Source: Bacteroidales bacterium (GTDB lineage: Bacteria > Bacteroidota > Bacteroidia > Bacteroidales > UBA10428). Taken from it: a stretch of DNA of 64,000 nucleotides. The stretch's first letter is position 1; the number at the start of each line of letters is the position of its first letter. The stretch is from contig JAFGIP010000048.1 of assembly GCA_016929525.1 (NCBI GenBank), positions 71,456 through 135,455 on the forward strand, read 5' to 3'. The notes beneath the pieces are model-generated. The model made no database searches, was not told the DNA's origin, and worked only from the letters and a program-made list of their open reading frames with translations. Shown here one piece after another: positions 50,906-61,584 of the stretch. The translations under genes and the position numbers were made by a program.

Positions 50906-52225
50906 TTACTTGTTTAATGTCCTGATTCGCTGTAATAGAGTAGGATGCGAATAATGAAAAAATACATATGCCGGGTGAGGCGTAAGGTTACTTAGATTCT
51001 TTGAAGAAAGTTTCTTAAGAGCCGATATTAAAGGGCCTGCATCATAATTATTTTTCGTATACCTGTCAGCCTGAAACTCGTGTGTACGGGATAAAATGTT
51101 CAAACCCAATCCTACAACAGTTGTAATTGGACTGTAAATCACTCCAAAAGCCAAAATAACCATATGTATGCTGTGGACTTTAGCTCCCAGTGCCCACGAA
51201 AGCATTGGATTAACAGTAAATAAAGAGAAAATATAGAGTGTTATGCCAGTTTGAATTACACCGATAAGAATATTTGTCAGACTGTGTTTTTTCTTATAGT
51301 GTCCTATCTCATGAGCAAGAACAGCAACAATTTCATCAATTTCAAGATCTTCGATTAGCGTATCATAAAGAACAATTCTTTTCTCCGGACCCAAACCTGT
51401 GAAATATGCATTTGATTTTGTAGAACGTTTTGATCCGTCAATAACATATATGTTATCCAGTTTAAAGTCTACTTTTTTACAAAACTCTTGAATAGCTTGT
51501 CTGAGAGGGCCGTCTTCCAAGGGGGTTTGTTTGTTAAATAAGGGAACTATAAGTGTTGAATAAAACATTGTAATAAAGATCATAACCGCAGTAACCGCTA
51601 TCCATGCATAAACCCAGAACATCTCTTCAGTCATCAGATAAAACCATATTATAAGCGCAGTAACACCACCACCAAGTATTCCTGCTATAAGCCAGCCCTT
51701 TATTTTATCAAGAAAGAAAGTCTTAAGTGTTGTTTTATTAAAACCGAACTTTTCCTCTATTATAAAAGTATCGTATAATGCAAAAGGAGTATTTAAGATA
51801 TCTGATGCCAGCATGATCATCCCGAAAAAGAGCATTGCAACCAGAATAGGATGTGATGTAACAGAACGTGCTATTTGGTCGAAATAACCAAAAACATGAA
51901 ATGTTAGCATAAGTACAATCAGGATAAAGCTAAAAGTGCTTGTAATCAGGGAAAATCTCTCATTTACCTTTTTATACTGTTGCGATTTACTATATTGTTC
52001 CGAGTCATACACATCACTTAATTCATTGGGTAAGGCTGTGCTGATTTTTCGGGAATTTAATATGGTAAGAACCCTTTCCAAAATAAAGTTGAACCCTATA
52101 ATGCTCATAATTAAAATAAAAGGAGCATTATATCTACAGGTTTCATGATGTTCAATAATACCTTTAAAGAAACCAGTAATAAAAAGTGAAATATGAGATA
52201 TTACCGCCAGTATTTGCATCAGCAC
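50906..52225 (-). CDS. M48 family (Ste24-like) metallopeptidase; start uncertain
   Basis: AHEIGH zinc motif, NAYFTG.G..KRIVLYDTL, HEFQAD, HYSHP. Confidence 0.9.
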   Translation of the reverse strand: MLMQILAVISHISLFITGFFKGIIEHHETCRYNAPFILIMSIIGFNFILERVLTILNSRKISTALPNELSDVYDSEQYSKSQQYKKVNERFSLITSTFSFILIVLMLTFHVFGYFDQIARSVTSHPILVAMLFFGMIMLASDILNTPFALYDTFIIEEKFGFNKTTLKTFFLDKIKGWLIAGILGGGVTALIIWFYLMTEEMFWVYAWIAVTAVMIFITMFYSTLIVPLFNKQTPLEDGPLRQAIQEFCKKVDFKLDNIYVIDGSKRSTKSNAYFTGLGPEKRIVLYDTLIEDLEIDEIVAVLAHEIGHYKKKHSLTNILIGVIQTGITLYIFSLFTVNPMLSWALGAKVHSIHMVILAFGVIYSPITTVVGLGLNILSRTHEFQADRYTKNNYDAGPLISALKKLSSKNLSNLTPHPAYVFFHYSHPTLLQRIRTLNK

Positions 52226-52525
52226 CTAGTGATTTGAGATTGCCAAAAATAGTAAATCTACTGAATTATACATTGTAAAATTGATAATCTAAAATTCTTA
52301 TTAACTGTAAGACAAATACCTCGCTTTTACAAATGATTTAAGCAATGGTGTAATGTCAACCTGGGTGGATAATCCATGAACAAATACTAATTCTGATAAT
52401 CTTCTCAGATATATTTATCCTGCACATCGTGAAACATCTTTTCCCGGATATTCAAAGTATTTCCGGATATGAAAGTTTTTAAACGGATTAAATTTCAAAT
52501 ACAGGATATAATGAATCAACCTTTA

Positions 52526-53272
52526 TCAGGTTTTCATTGCTCCACAGATGCTGATTACCTGTCCGCTTACATACGACGACATATCGGATGCAAGGAATAA
52601 GCAAACATTGGCAACTTCTTCAGGTGTGCCACCACGTTTCATAGGAATAAATTCTTCCCATGCTTTCCGCTGTTCTTCAGTGAGCTTTGCAGTCATTTCT
52701 GTAATAATGAAACCAGGAGCTACAGCATTACAGCGGATATTTCTCGATCCAAGTTCCTGGGCAATTGATTTGGTAAACCCGATAATTCCGGCTTTGGAAG
52801 CAGAATAATTAGCCTGACCGGCGTTACCGTGCACACCCACAACAGAACTTAGATTTACAATAGAACCCTGTTTTGCCTTGAGCATGATCCTCTGAACCGA
52901 TTTCGTGAAATTAAATACTGATTTAAGATTTACATTAATTACAGTATCCCACTGTTGTTCCGTCATTCTCATAAGTAATGTATCCATAGTTATTCCGGCA
53001 TTATTGATTAGAACATCAACAGTCCCGAAATCATCAATAATATCGTTTACAACCTTTTCTGTTTGTTCAAGGCTGCTTGCGTCTGATGCATACGCCTTTG
53101 CTTTGCATCCCAATGATTCTATTTCTTTTGTTAAGGATTCTGTATTTTCATCGAATTTAAGGTCGGTAAATGCAACATTACCGCCTTCCTGAGCAAATTT
53201 AAGAGCAATTGCTCTTCCAATTCCTCTTGCAGCGCCTGTTACTATAGCAGTTTTTCCTTCAAGTAATTTCAT
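52526..53272 (-). CDS. fabG: 3-oxoacyl-ACP reductase
   Basis: TGAARGIG, NNAGIT.D, NYSASKAG, NAVAPGFI.TEMT. Confidence 0.92.
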   Translation of the reverse strand: MKLLEGKTAIVTGAARGIGRAIALKFAQEGGNVAFTDLKFDENTESLTKEIESLGCKAKAYASDASSLEQTEKVVNDIIDDFGTVDVLINNAGITMDTLLMRMTEQQWDTVINVNLKSVFNFTKSVQRIMLKAKQGSIVNLSSVVGVHGNAGQANYSASKAGIIGFTKSIAQELGSRNIRCNAVAPGFIITEMTAKLTEEQRKAWEEFIPMKRGGTPEEVANVCLFLASDMSSYVSGQVISICGAMKT

Positions 53273-53528
53273 GATGTTATATTTAAATTTTGAGGCAAAA
53301 TAAGTAAAGAAAGTTTAATTATTCAATATGGTTATCAATTATAAAAAAACCAAATAAAGGTTTTATCTGGAAATTTAAACAGCCGGAATAGTTCTTAGAA
53401 TGGACTATTTCAGCTGAAAATAAAAAAAGTTGAAAAAGTTAATTGAAAAATTAAAACCTCTGGATTAAATTAACCGTAGAATACTCTACATAATTATTCT
53501 CATTTATTGTAGAATTAATTTTGAAGTT

Positions 53529-54074
53529 ATGATTCATACAAACCTGAAAGTTAAAGTACTTGGTTTTATCATGTTACTTTTATCATTTGGAGTATGTAAT
53601 GCACAGAAATCGGTAATGGCAACTCCATCAAAATTCATTGCTTATTCACTGTACAATTTTTCGAAACTCTTCAGTTGGCCTAATGAAGCGGTAAACAACA
53701 CTTTCAAAATTACTGTTGTTGGTGATAAGTTGGTATATGATGAGTTAATGCAACTGGCTCAGAATAAGAAAGTGGGCTATGCAGCTTATCAAATCACTTA
53801 TTGTAAAACAGTAAATGAATTGAAAGGTGTAAGCCAAATTGTTTATCTCTCAAATATGCAGAGCGGTAAAGTTAGAGATCTTGCCAGCATGCCCGGTTCC
53901 AAAGGAGTTTTATTCGTCACAGAACGGGAGAAGATGACCCAGCAGGGATCTGTAATAAGTTTTTTGACAGACAGCAGTGGCAAGATGGGTTTTGAAGTAT
54001 CGAGAGAAAATGCATCTAAGAATAACCTTATTATTAGGCCACAACTTGAAAAGCTTGCTTACAGGATAATATAA
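53529..54074 (+). CDS. YfiR/DUF4154 family periplasmic protein
   Basis: Signal peptide, LYNFSK…WP, I.VVG, I.FL…GKMGFEV..ENA….L.I…L.KLA. Confidence 0.75.
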   Translation: MIHTNLKVKVLGFIMLLLSFGVCNAQKSVMATPSKFIAYSLYNFSKLFSWPNEAVNNTFKITVVGDKLVYDELMQLAQNKKVGYAAYQITYCKTVNELKGVSQIVYLSNMQSGKVRDLASMPGSKGVLFVTEREKMTQQGSVISFLTDSSGKMGFEVSRENASKNNLIIRPQLEKLAYRII

Positions 54075-54084
54075 TCCTGTAAAT

Positions 54085-54960
54085 TTAATTTCCTTTCAAG
54101 GCACTAAAAATTGAAGTGCCAATATCAGCGGGAGACTTTACTACGTGTATCCCGCTTTCTTGCATAATTTTCATTTTAGCCTCTGCAGTATCGTCTTTTC
54201 CTCCTATAATGGCTCCCGCATGACCCATCCTTCTTCCCTTTGGAGCAGTTTGACCGGCAATAAATCCGACAACAGGCTTAGTACCATTTTCTTTGATCCA
54301 TCTCGCTGCGTCTGCTTCCATACTACCTCCGATTTCACCGATCATTATTATTCCTTCAGTTTCATTATCCTCCATGAAAAGTTTTATTGCATCTAGTGTT
54401 GTTGTTCCGATTACCGGATCACCACCGATACCGATGCATGTTGACTGGCCAAGTCCGGTTTTTGTAACCTGGTCGACTGCTTCATACGTTAGCGTTCCTG
54501 AGCGTGATACAATGCCGATAGTCCCTTTCTTATGAATAAACCCGGGCATTATGCCTACTTTGGTTTCTTCAGGTGTTATAATTCCAGGACAGTTTGGGCC
54601 TATTAATCTGCAGTTTCTTTCTGATAAATATGCTTTAACCGTAACCATATCAGCTGTTGGTATACCTTCAGTGATACAAACTATCACACTTATTCCGGCA
54701 TCAGCTGCCTCAAGAACTGCATCCGCTGCAAATGCAGGAGGGACAAAAATTACTGATACGTCTGCTCCTTCATTTTGGACAGCCTCCTCGACAGTGTTAA
54801 ATACAGGTTTTTTCAGGTGTATTTGTCCTCCTTTACCTGGCGTAACGCCGGCAACAATATTAGTACCATATTCGATCATCTGTTCAGCATGAAAACTACC
54901 TTCACTGCCTGTGAATCCCTGGACAACAACTTTAGAATTCTTATTGACTAATACACTCAT
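54085..54960 (-). CDS. sucD: Succinate--CoA ligase subunit alpha
   Basis: [30 protein letters not shown] phospho-His motif. Promoter TATTTTTG at 54986-54993 on the minus strand. Confidence 0.97.
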   Translation of the reverse strand: MSVLVNKNSKVVVQGFTGSEGSFHAEQMIEYGTNIVAGVTPGKGGQIHLKKPVFNTVEEAVQNEGADVSVIFVPPAFAADAVLEAADAGISVIVCITEGIPTADMVTVKAYLSERNCRLIGPNCPGIITPEETKVGIMPGFIHKKGTIGIVSRSGTLTYEAVDQVTKTGLGQSTCIGIGGDPVIGTTTLDAIKLFMEDNETEGIIMIGEIGGSMEADAARWIKENGTKPVVGFIAGQTAPKGRRMGHAGAIIGGKDDTAEAKMKIMQESGIHVVKSPADIGTSIFSALKGN

Positions 54961-55091
54961 TTATAAAAACTCTTATTATGGTCGCCAAAAATAGATTTTT
55001 CTATCTTCATTTCAAAAGATTTAATACTTATGACTTATATAGCATATAATAATCTGAAAAGGCTAATTTTATGTTTCAATAAAATAATTTA

Positions 55092-56504
55092 ATGAATTCT
55101 GAAGATACTATTTGTGCACTTTCTACATCTCCAGGGCAGGGAGCTATAGCAGTTATTAGAATTTCAGGGGCTAGCGCAATTTCTGTTGCCGACGATATAT
55201 TTTATCAGAAGGGGAGAAAAGGCATTTTAAAGAACAAAGAAGCCGGCACAATTCATTATGGAAGAATTAAATTCAATAATGAAGAATTAGACGATGTTAT
55301 ACTGAGTCTGTTCAGGGCACCCCGCTCCTATACTGGTGAAGATACAATTGAAATATCATGTCACGGATCAATATATATCCAGCAAAGAATACTTGAAATA
55401 CTTATTGAAAATGGAGCAAGATTAGCAAAGCCAGGAGAATATACCCTGCGTGCTTTTCTAAATGGTAAACTGGATCTGTCACAAGCGGAAGGTGTTGCCG
55501 ATCTCATAGCATCGGGTTCAGCTGCGGCACACCGACTGGCAATGAATCAGATAAGAGGAGGTTTTTCTGAAGAAATAAAGAAACTAAGAGATGAATTATT
55601 AAATTTTATCAGCCTGATTGAACTTGAACTGGATTTCAGTGAAGAAGATGTTGAATTCGCCAACAGAGACCAACTTAATGACCTTATAAATAAAGTAGGT
55701 AATCTTTTAAAGGGATTGATTTCATCATTCGAATATGGCAATGTAATTAAAAATGGTATTCCCGTCGCTATTATAGGACCTGCAAATTCAGGAAAATCTA
55801 CTCTTTTAAACAGGTTGTTAAAAGAAGAAAGGGCCATTGTTTCTGAATTTGCAGGAACCACGCGCGATTTCATAGAAGATACAATTATTCTTGATGGCAT
55901 ACAATTTCGATTCATTGATACTGCAGGTTTACGTAAAACGAATGATTTTATTGAGATTGAGGGTATCCAGCGAAGTATGAAGAAGTATAGTCAGGCTTCT
56001 GTAGTAATTGTACTGATAGATCCTACAGAAAAGATTGAAGAAATTCAGGAATCTTTATCATACATAGGCGAAGGAGATATTAATGATATTAATAAGAATA
56101 TCATTCTCATACTTAATAAAGTTGATTTATTGACTTCGAAGGAAGTTAAAATTAAGATGAATTTGTATTCTGATAGTTGGAAAGGAGTTAAAAATCAACT
56201 TGCAATTTCAGCAAAAGATGGTACCGGAATTTCTGATCTTGAAGCTGTGCTTATTGCAGAAGCAAGAAAGAGATATAAGTCTGAACAGAATGTTGTTGTT
56301 ACAAATGCAAGGCACTTCGAAGCTTTAAAACATGCAGATGATGCACTTGAAAGAGCAAAAGAAGGAATTTCCTATAATGTTCCAACCGATCTTCTGGCTC
56401 AGGATATTAGAGAAGTACTTCATTATCTCGGTGAAATAACAGGAGAAATAACCACCGATGAGATACTTGGAAATATTTTTAAAAATTTTTGTATTGGGAA
56501 GTAA
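55092..56504 (+). CDS. mnmE: tRNA modification GTPase MnmE
   Basis: SYTGED.IEISCHG, GPANSGKS, GTTRD, DTAG, NKVD, FCIGK end. Confidence 0.97.
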   Translation: MNSEDTICALSTSPGQGAIAVIRISGASAISVADDIFYQKGRKGILKNKEAGTIHYGRIKFNNEELDDVILSLFRAPRSYTGEDTIEISCHGSIYIQQRILEILIENGARLAKPGEYTLRAFLNGKLDLSQAEGVADLIASGSAAAHRLAMNQIRGGFSEEIKKLRDELLNFISLIELELDFSEEDVEFANRDQLNDLINKVGNLLKGLISSFEYGNVIKNGIPVAIIGPANSGKSTLLNRLLKEERAIVSEFAGTTRDFIEDTIILDGIQFRFIDTAGLRKTNDFIEIEGIQRSMKKYSQASVVIVLIDPTEKIEEIQESLSYIGEGDINDINKNIILILNKVDLLTSKEVKIKMNLYSDSWKGVKNQLAISAKDGTGISDLEAVLIAEARKRYKSEQNVVVTNARHFEALKHADDALERAKEGISYNVPTDLLAQDIREVLHYLGEITGEITTDEILGNIFKNFCIGK

Positions 56505-56513
56505 ACGACACTA

Positions 56514-56587
56514 AGTTTTCAGAAGCAAAGCGTACTGAAAACTAAAAAGTGGAGTTTATCCCGAATGAGCGCAGCGAACTTCGGGAT
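56514..56587. repeat. Two adjacent short hairpins with related loops
   Basis: AGTTTTCAG-AAGCAAAGCGTA-CTGAAAACT and ATCCCGAA-TGAGCGCAGCGAAC-TTCGGGAT. Confidence 0.55.
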
Positions 56588-56637
56588 CTTAAGTAAATTA
56601 AAAATAAACTAACTGTAAATTCCGGAGTAGTAACTAA

Positions 56638-58530
56638 CTACTCTAAATAAGTATACCCGTATAGCCCGGAACGGTAATTTGAAAGAAACTCTTTTCCTTC
56701 TTCCGGTGAGATTTTACCTGCTTTAACAGCTGACATGACCCATGTTTCAACCATACGCACCAGTTTCTTTGAGTTATATTGTGCATAATCAAGGACTTCT
56801 GCAACTGATTCACCATCTATTATCCGATCGATACTATACCCGTCTTCATCTACTGATACATGGACCGCATTGGTGTCGCCAAACAAATTATGAAGGTCGC
56901 CGAGAATTTCCTGGTACGCTCCTACTAAAAATACACCGAGATAATATGATTCGTTTGATCTAAGAGTATGTAATGGCAGAACATGTGTAAAATTCTTTGT
57001 AGAAATAAAATTATCGATCTTTCCATCCGAATCGCATGTAATATCCTGTAACGTAGCAAGACGGGTTGGTTTTTCATCTAATCTTTGTATCGGTATAATC
57101 GGGAATATCTGATCGATGGCCCATGAATCCGGTAATGACTGAAATACTGAAAAATTACAGAAATACTTTTCAGCAAGCAATTTTGATAAATGCCTTAATT
57201 CATCAGGTACATGCTTTATGTTGGAAACTATCGATTGCACTTCCTGTGCAATCGACCAGAACAGAGATTCCACCTGTGCCCTTGTACGCAGATCTAACAT
57301 TCCAAGACTGAACAAATCTAGTGCTTCTTCCCTTATTTGTAAAGCATCGTGCCATGATTCAAGCATTCGCAGCTGATTAAGATTATCCCAAATACTATAT
57401 AACTCCTGTACCAGTTCATGGTCATTTTCTTTAATCTCTTCATCATCATCCCATGTATTCAGCGGCGTCGCTTCAAGCACTTCAAAAACCAATACGGAAT
57501 GATGTGCAGTTAGTGATCTTCCGGATTCCGTAATAATATTCGGATGCGGAATTTTATTTTTATCGCTTACATCTACAAGAGCCGATATTGAATCATTAAT
57601 ATATTCCTGAATGCTATAATTAACGCTATTCTCACTATTTGAAGATCGGGTTCCATCGTAATCGACACCCAGACCACCGCCTATATCGACAAATTCCACA
57701 TGAAAACCAAGCTTATACAGTTGGGCATAAAACTGCGATGCTTCCCGAAGAGCAATTTTTATTCGTCTTATTTTCGTAATCTGACTACCAATATGAAAAT
57801 GGATTAACTTTAAACAGTTTCGTAACTTCGATCTTTCAAGAAAATCAAGCGCTTCAAGCAGTTCACTTGAAGTAAGTCCAAATTTGCTGCTATCACCGCC
57901 AGATTCCTCCCATTTACCACTTCCCGAACTGGCCAGTTTAATTCTGATACCGATGGTTGGTTTGATCTTTAATCGTTTGGAAACATTTGCTATAAGCTTT
58001 AGCTCATTCAATTTTTCTACCACAAGAAATATTCTGCTACCCATCTTTTGAGCCAGCAGAGCAAGTTCGATGTAATCCTCGTCTTTGTAACCGTTACATA
58101 TTATCAGCGATTCATTGTCGGTATATATGCCAATAACAGCATGCAACTCAGGTTTGGAACCTGCTTCAAGGCCTATGTTGAATTTTTTACCATGACTTAC
58201 AATTTCTTCAACAATAGGTCTCATTTGATTTACCTTAATCGGGTATATGATGAAGTTTTCACCTTTATACTCATATTCTTCAGCTGCTTTTTTAAAACAG
58301 CTTGACATTTTTTCAATGCGGTGGTCCAGAATATCAGGAAAGCGAATGAGCATTGGTGTTGCCACATCTCGCATTTGCAATTCATCGACGAGTTCTTTTA
58401 AATCAATTTCCTCATCGGATTTTCGTGGAGTAACTACAGCATGGCCTTTTTCATTGATTGAAAAAAAATTCACGCCCCACCCTTCCATGTTATAAAGGTC
58501 AGCAGAATCTTCAATGCGCCATTTTCTCAT
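56638..58530 (-). CDS. speA: Biosynthetic arginine decarboxylase
   Basis: YPIKVNQ (PLP Lys), GLEAGSKPEL, HFHIGSQI, LPDSWAIDQ, DITCDSDG, GAYQEILGD.HNLFG. Confidence 0.97.
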   Translation of the reverse strand: MRKWRIEDSADLYNMEGWGVNFFSINEKGHAVVTPRKSDEEIDLKELVDELQMRDVATPMLIRFPDILDHRIEKMSSCFKKAAEEYEYKGENFIIYPIKVNQMRPIVEEIVSHGKKFNIGLEAGSKPELHAVIGIYTDNESLIICNGYKDEDYIELALLAQKMGSRIFLVVEKLNELKLIANVSKRLKIKPTIGIRIKLASSGSGKWEESGGDSSKFGLTSSELLEALDFLERSKLRNCLKLIHFHIGSQITKIRRIKIALREASQFYAQLYKLGFHVEFVDIGGGLGVDYDGTRSSNSENSVNYSIQEYINDSISALVDVSDKNKIPHPNIITESGRSLTAHHSVLVFEVLEATPLNTWDDDEEIKENDHELVQELYSIWDNLNQLRMLESWHDALQIREEALDLFSLGMLDLRTRAQVESLFWSIAQEVQSIVSNIKHVPDELRHLSKLLAEKYFCNFSVFQSLPDSWAIDQIFPIIPIQRLDEKPTRLATLQDITCDSDGKIDNFISTKNFTHVLPLHTLRSNESYYLGVFLVGAYQEILGDLHNLFGDTNAVHVSVDEDGYSIDRIIDGESVAEVLDYAQYNSKKLVRMVETWVMSAVKAGKISPEEGKEFLSNYRSGLYGYTYLE

Positions 58531-58684
58531 TTTGTTAATTCTTATTTACGCAATATTGAAGGCATAAAAATAGAATATATGTCGAAATCAAAAAATAGTT
58601 ATTTTACGTATTTTGCTGACACGCAATTTTATTAATCTTATAATCTATAATACAGATTATAAGAGCTTTATGGTTAACTCCCAT

Positions 58685-58921
58685 TTATTTAATAAGTTTA
58701 ATTATTCGGGGAATGTTCACTAAAAGAGTAATTATTGCACTTACAATAAGCATTGAAACAACAGGAAAGTAGAACTTTGTATTTTCATTTTCTATCCGAA
58801 TATCCCCGGGAAGTTTGCCAAACCAGTTTACTGCCCAAGGAAAAAATTGTATGATTAATCCTAAAATAACCAGTGCTATTCCTGCAACAATAATCCAGCG
58901 TGCCATATATTTCTTTTTCAT
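58685..58921 (-). CDS. DUF2905 family small membrane protein
   Basis: GKLPGDIRIE…FYFP..SML..S signature. Confidence 0.85.
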   Translation of the reverse strand: MKKKYMARWIIVAGIALVILGLIIQFFPWAVNWFGKLPGDIRIENENTKFYFPVVSMLIVSAIITLLVNIPRIIKLIK

Positions 58922-59004
58922 TCTAATTTATGCTAAGTTACAAGGTAATTGTAATTATTGAAACTTAGTATTAGCTTTAAATGTAAGAAATACAATAAGA
59001 ATTC

Positions 59005-59724
59005 ATGCGAAGCTGGAAAACAAAAAGCGGATATAAAATCTATCAGGTTTCAAATTTAAGGGGAAATAGTTACCTTATATACACTGATAAAGGAAATTTA
59101 CTGATTGATACCGGACTAAAGAAAACTTTTAATAAACTGAAAAGAAATCTTGAATTATTGAATTTGAACGGGATAGATTATTTAATTCTTACACATACTC
59201 ATTACGATCACTGTCAGAATGCAGCAGCAATTAAACAGATGTATGATTGTAAAATAATAATGAGCATTCATGAATCCAATTTCACCATCCGCGGTTATAC
59301 CAGGTTACCTGACGGCACTTTCTTCATACCGGATATCATCGTGAAAATGGGAAGGATAATTGGCAGGTACAAGTATGGTTACAGTCCTTTTATTGCCGAC
59401 ATTGTATTAGATGATGAAATAAGTTTACAGGATAAAGGTTTCAATATTAATATAATAGAAACAGCCGGGCACTCTGCAGGCTCTGTATCTGTCCTGGTTG
59501 ATAATGAAATAGCAGTTGTTGGTGATGCCATGATAGGTCTTTTTAAAAATTCAATATTCCCTCCTTTTTCCGACGATGTTAACAGTATGATCCGTAGCTG
59601 GAATAAACTGTTGAATACAGATTGCAATGTTTTTTTACCCGGCCATGGCGGACCTATTAGTCGGAATCTTCTGGCAAAAGAATATAGCAGGTATAAATCC
59701 AAATTAGTACCAGATAAAGATTAA
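59005..59724 (+). CDS. MBL fold metallo-hydrolase
   Basis: LIDTG, THTHYDH, GHSAGS, GDA, PGHG. Confidence 0.92.
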   Translation: MRSWKTKSGYKIYQVSNLRGNSYLIYTDKGNLLIDTGLKKTFNKLKRNLELLNLNGIDYLILTHTHYDHCQNAAAIKQMYDCKIIMSIHESNFTIRGYTRLPDGTFFIPDIIVKMGRIIGRYKYGYSPFIADIVLDDEISLQDKGFNINIIETAGHSAGSVSVLVDNEIAVVGDAMIGLFKNSIFPPFSDDVNSMIRSWNKLLNTDCNVFLPGHGGPISRNLLAKEYSRYKSKLVPDKD

Positions 59725-59758
59725 AACTCGTTATAAGAAATTAAAAAAACGACGTTTT

Positions 59759-59798
59759 TTTACGTCATAATCAATAATATGTCGTATATTTACGTCAT
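59759..59798. promoter_or_regulatory. Candidate ArsR operator
   Basis: Imperfect inverted repeat ACGTCATA-N8-TATGTCGT, plus direct repeat TTTACGTCAT x2, just upstream of arsR. Confidence 0.5.
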
Positions 59799-59812
59799 TA
59801 ATTTTAAAATCT

Positions 59813-60142
59813 ATGACAAAGGTTGAACTGTTTAGTAAAGATTTACAAAAAATATCAGGAGTATTTAAAGCACTCGGGCATCCTGCCCGACTGGCTATTT
59901 TGCAATATCTGGCAGAGACCCGGGTATGTATTTCTGGCGATATATCAAATGAGATTCCTCTTAGTCGAACTACTGTCAGTCAGCATCTAAATGAGCTGAA
60001 GGAGGTGAATTTAATTCAGGGTGAAATTGAAGGAGTGAAAAAAAATTACTGTTTAAATGCAAAAGAGATTTCCCGTATTAAAGATATGCTGGATTCATTT
60101 CTGATAAAAATTGAATGTATTGACAATCAAAACTGCCAGTAA
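59813..60142 (+). CDS. arsR: ArsR/SmtB family transcriptional regulator
   Basis: FKALGHPARL.IL…C..GD…PLSRTTVSQHL.EL and C-terminal Cys. Heads the ars genes. Confidence 0.88.
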   Translation: MTKVELFSKDLQKISGVFKALGHPARLAILQYLAETRVCISGDISNEIPLSRTTVSQHLNELKEVNLIQGEIEGVKKNYCLNAKEISRIKDMLDSFLIKIECIDNQNCQ

Positions 60143-60576
60143 TGAAAATACTGATTTTATGCACCGGTAATAGTTGCCGAAGTCAGATGGCACATGGTTT
60201 TCTTCAGTCATTCAATAATTCCCTTGAAGTTCATTCTGCAGGTACCGAACCGGCATTGCGGGTGAACGAAAAGGCTGTTAAAGTAATGGCAGAAGCTGGT
60301 ATCGATATCAGTAAACATAAACCACAATTGGTTGACAAATTCATAAAAGATTCCTGGGACTATGTAATAACAGTCTGTGACAGCGCCAAAGAAACCTGTC
60401 CCGTTTTTGTCGGGAAAGTTAAAAATCGATTACATATGGGCTTCAGGGATCCTTCACAATTAACAGGTAAAGAAGAGTTTATATGGAATGAATTCAGAAA
60501 AACCAGGGATACGATAATGAAATCATTTTATAATCTGTTTCGGGAAAAAATTAAACCTCAAATTGCTGATCATTAG
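60142..60576 (+). CDS. arsC: Arsenate reductase (thioredoxin-coupled, LMW-PTP fold)
   Basis: CTGNSCRSQMA P-loop, TVCDSAKETCP, DP. Confidence 0.9.
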   Translation: MKILILCTGNSCRSQMAHGFLQSFNNSLEVHSAGTEPALRVNEKAVKVMAEAGIDISKHKPQLVDKFIKDSWDYVITVCDSAKETCPVFVGKVKNRLHMGFRDPSQLTGKEEFIWNEFRKTRDTIMKSFYNLFREKIKPQIADH

Positions 60577-60750
60577 GGAACTGAATGATGAGATAAAGAT
60601 CTTTATTATGCGGGTATGGGCATTAACTGAGAAAGTATACAGGAAAATGTAAAGGTATCAGAGAAATTCAAATCCTTTTACCAGACAGTGCTGTAGTCGT
60701 ATTTGAAATTGCTATTTTAATAAATAACAGAACAACTAATTACCTAAAAA

Positions 60751-61554
60751 ATGAAAGCAGAAGATTTAAAACTTATAGTAAGGGATAAATATGCAGAAAT
60801 TGCCTCACAGAGTATAGCAGGAAATCAGTCGTCATGCTGTGGTGGTACAAATTGCTGTTCCGATAAGGATTACACGATCTTTAGCGATGATTATTCACAT
60901 CTGGAAGGCTATAATCCGGATGCTGATTTAAAACTAGGTTGCGGAATACCGACGGAGTTTGCAAGAATTAATGAAGGTGATAGTGTGCTCGACCTTGGTA
61001 GTGGAGCAGGAAATGACTGTTTTGTTGCAAGGGCCCTGGTTGGTACTAAAGGCAAAGTAACCGGCATTGACTTCACCGATGAGATGCTTGAAAAAGCAAG
61101 AAATAACTTATCGAAACTAGGGTATAAAAATATCGAGTTCATTAAAGGAGATATTGAGAGTATGCCTCTTCCCGATTCAAGATTTGATGTTGTATTAAGC
61201 AATTGCGTATTAAACCTGGTTCCTGATAAAGAAAAAGCATTTAGTGAAATATTCAGGGTACTAAAGCAAGGAGGCCACTTTTGCATTTCAGATGTGGTAA
61301 TTATTGGTGATTTGCCTGAAAAATTAAAGAAGACTGCCGAATTATATGTTGGTTGCATTTCCGGGGCATTGCAAAAGGAGAAATATTTAAAAATAATTAA
61401 AGACGCCGGATTCTCAGATATCAATGTTAAGCGAGAGGTTAAAACTGTTATTCCTGACGAAATACTTTATGATTTCCTTTCTGATGACGAAATTAAAAGC
61501 TTGAAAACATCCGGACTTGGAATCATAAGCATAACAGTCACAGGATATAAATAA
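60751..61554 (+). CDS. arsM: Arsenite S-adenosylmethyltransferase
   Basis: SCC, LGCGIP, LDLGSGAG.D, SNCVLNL, GCISGA conserved Cys motifs. Confidence 0.92.
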   Translation: MKAEDLKLIVRDKYAEIASQSIAGNQSSCCGGTNCCSDKDYTIFSDDYSHLEGYNPDADLKLGCGIPTEFARINEGDSVLDLGSGAGNDCFVARALVGTKGKVTGIDFTDEMLEKARNNLSKLGYKNIEFIKGDIESMPLPDSRFDVVLSNCVLNLVPDKEKAFSEIFRVLKQGGHFCISDVVIIGDLPEKLKKTAELYVGCISGALQKEKYLKIIKDAGFSDINVKREVKTVIPDEILYDFLSDDEIKSLKTSGLGIISITVTGYK

Positions 61555-61584
61555 CCCTAGTCAAAATAAATTCAAATTTGTAAA

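Noticed and set aside
59761-59788. dif-like look of CGTCATAA-TCAATA-ATATGTCG
   Set aside because: The right arm is a poor XerD match. Position and symmetry fit an ArsR operator better.
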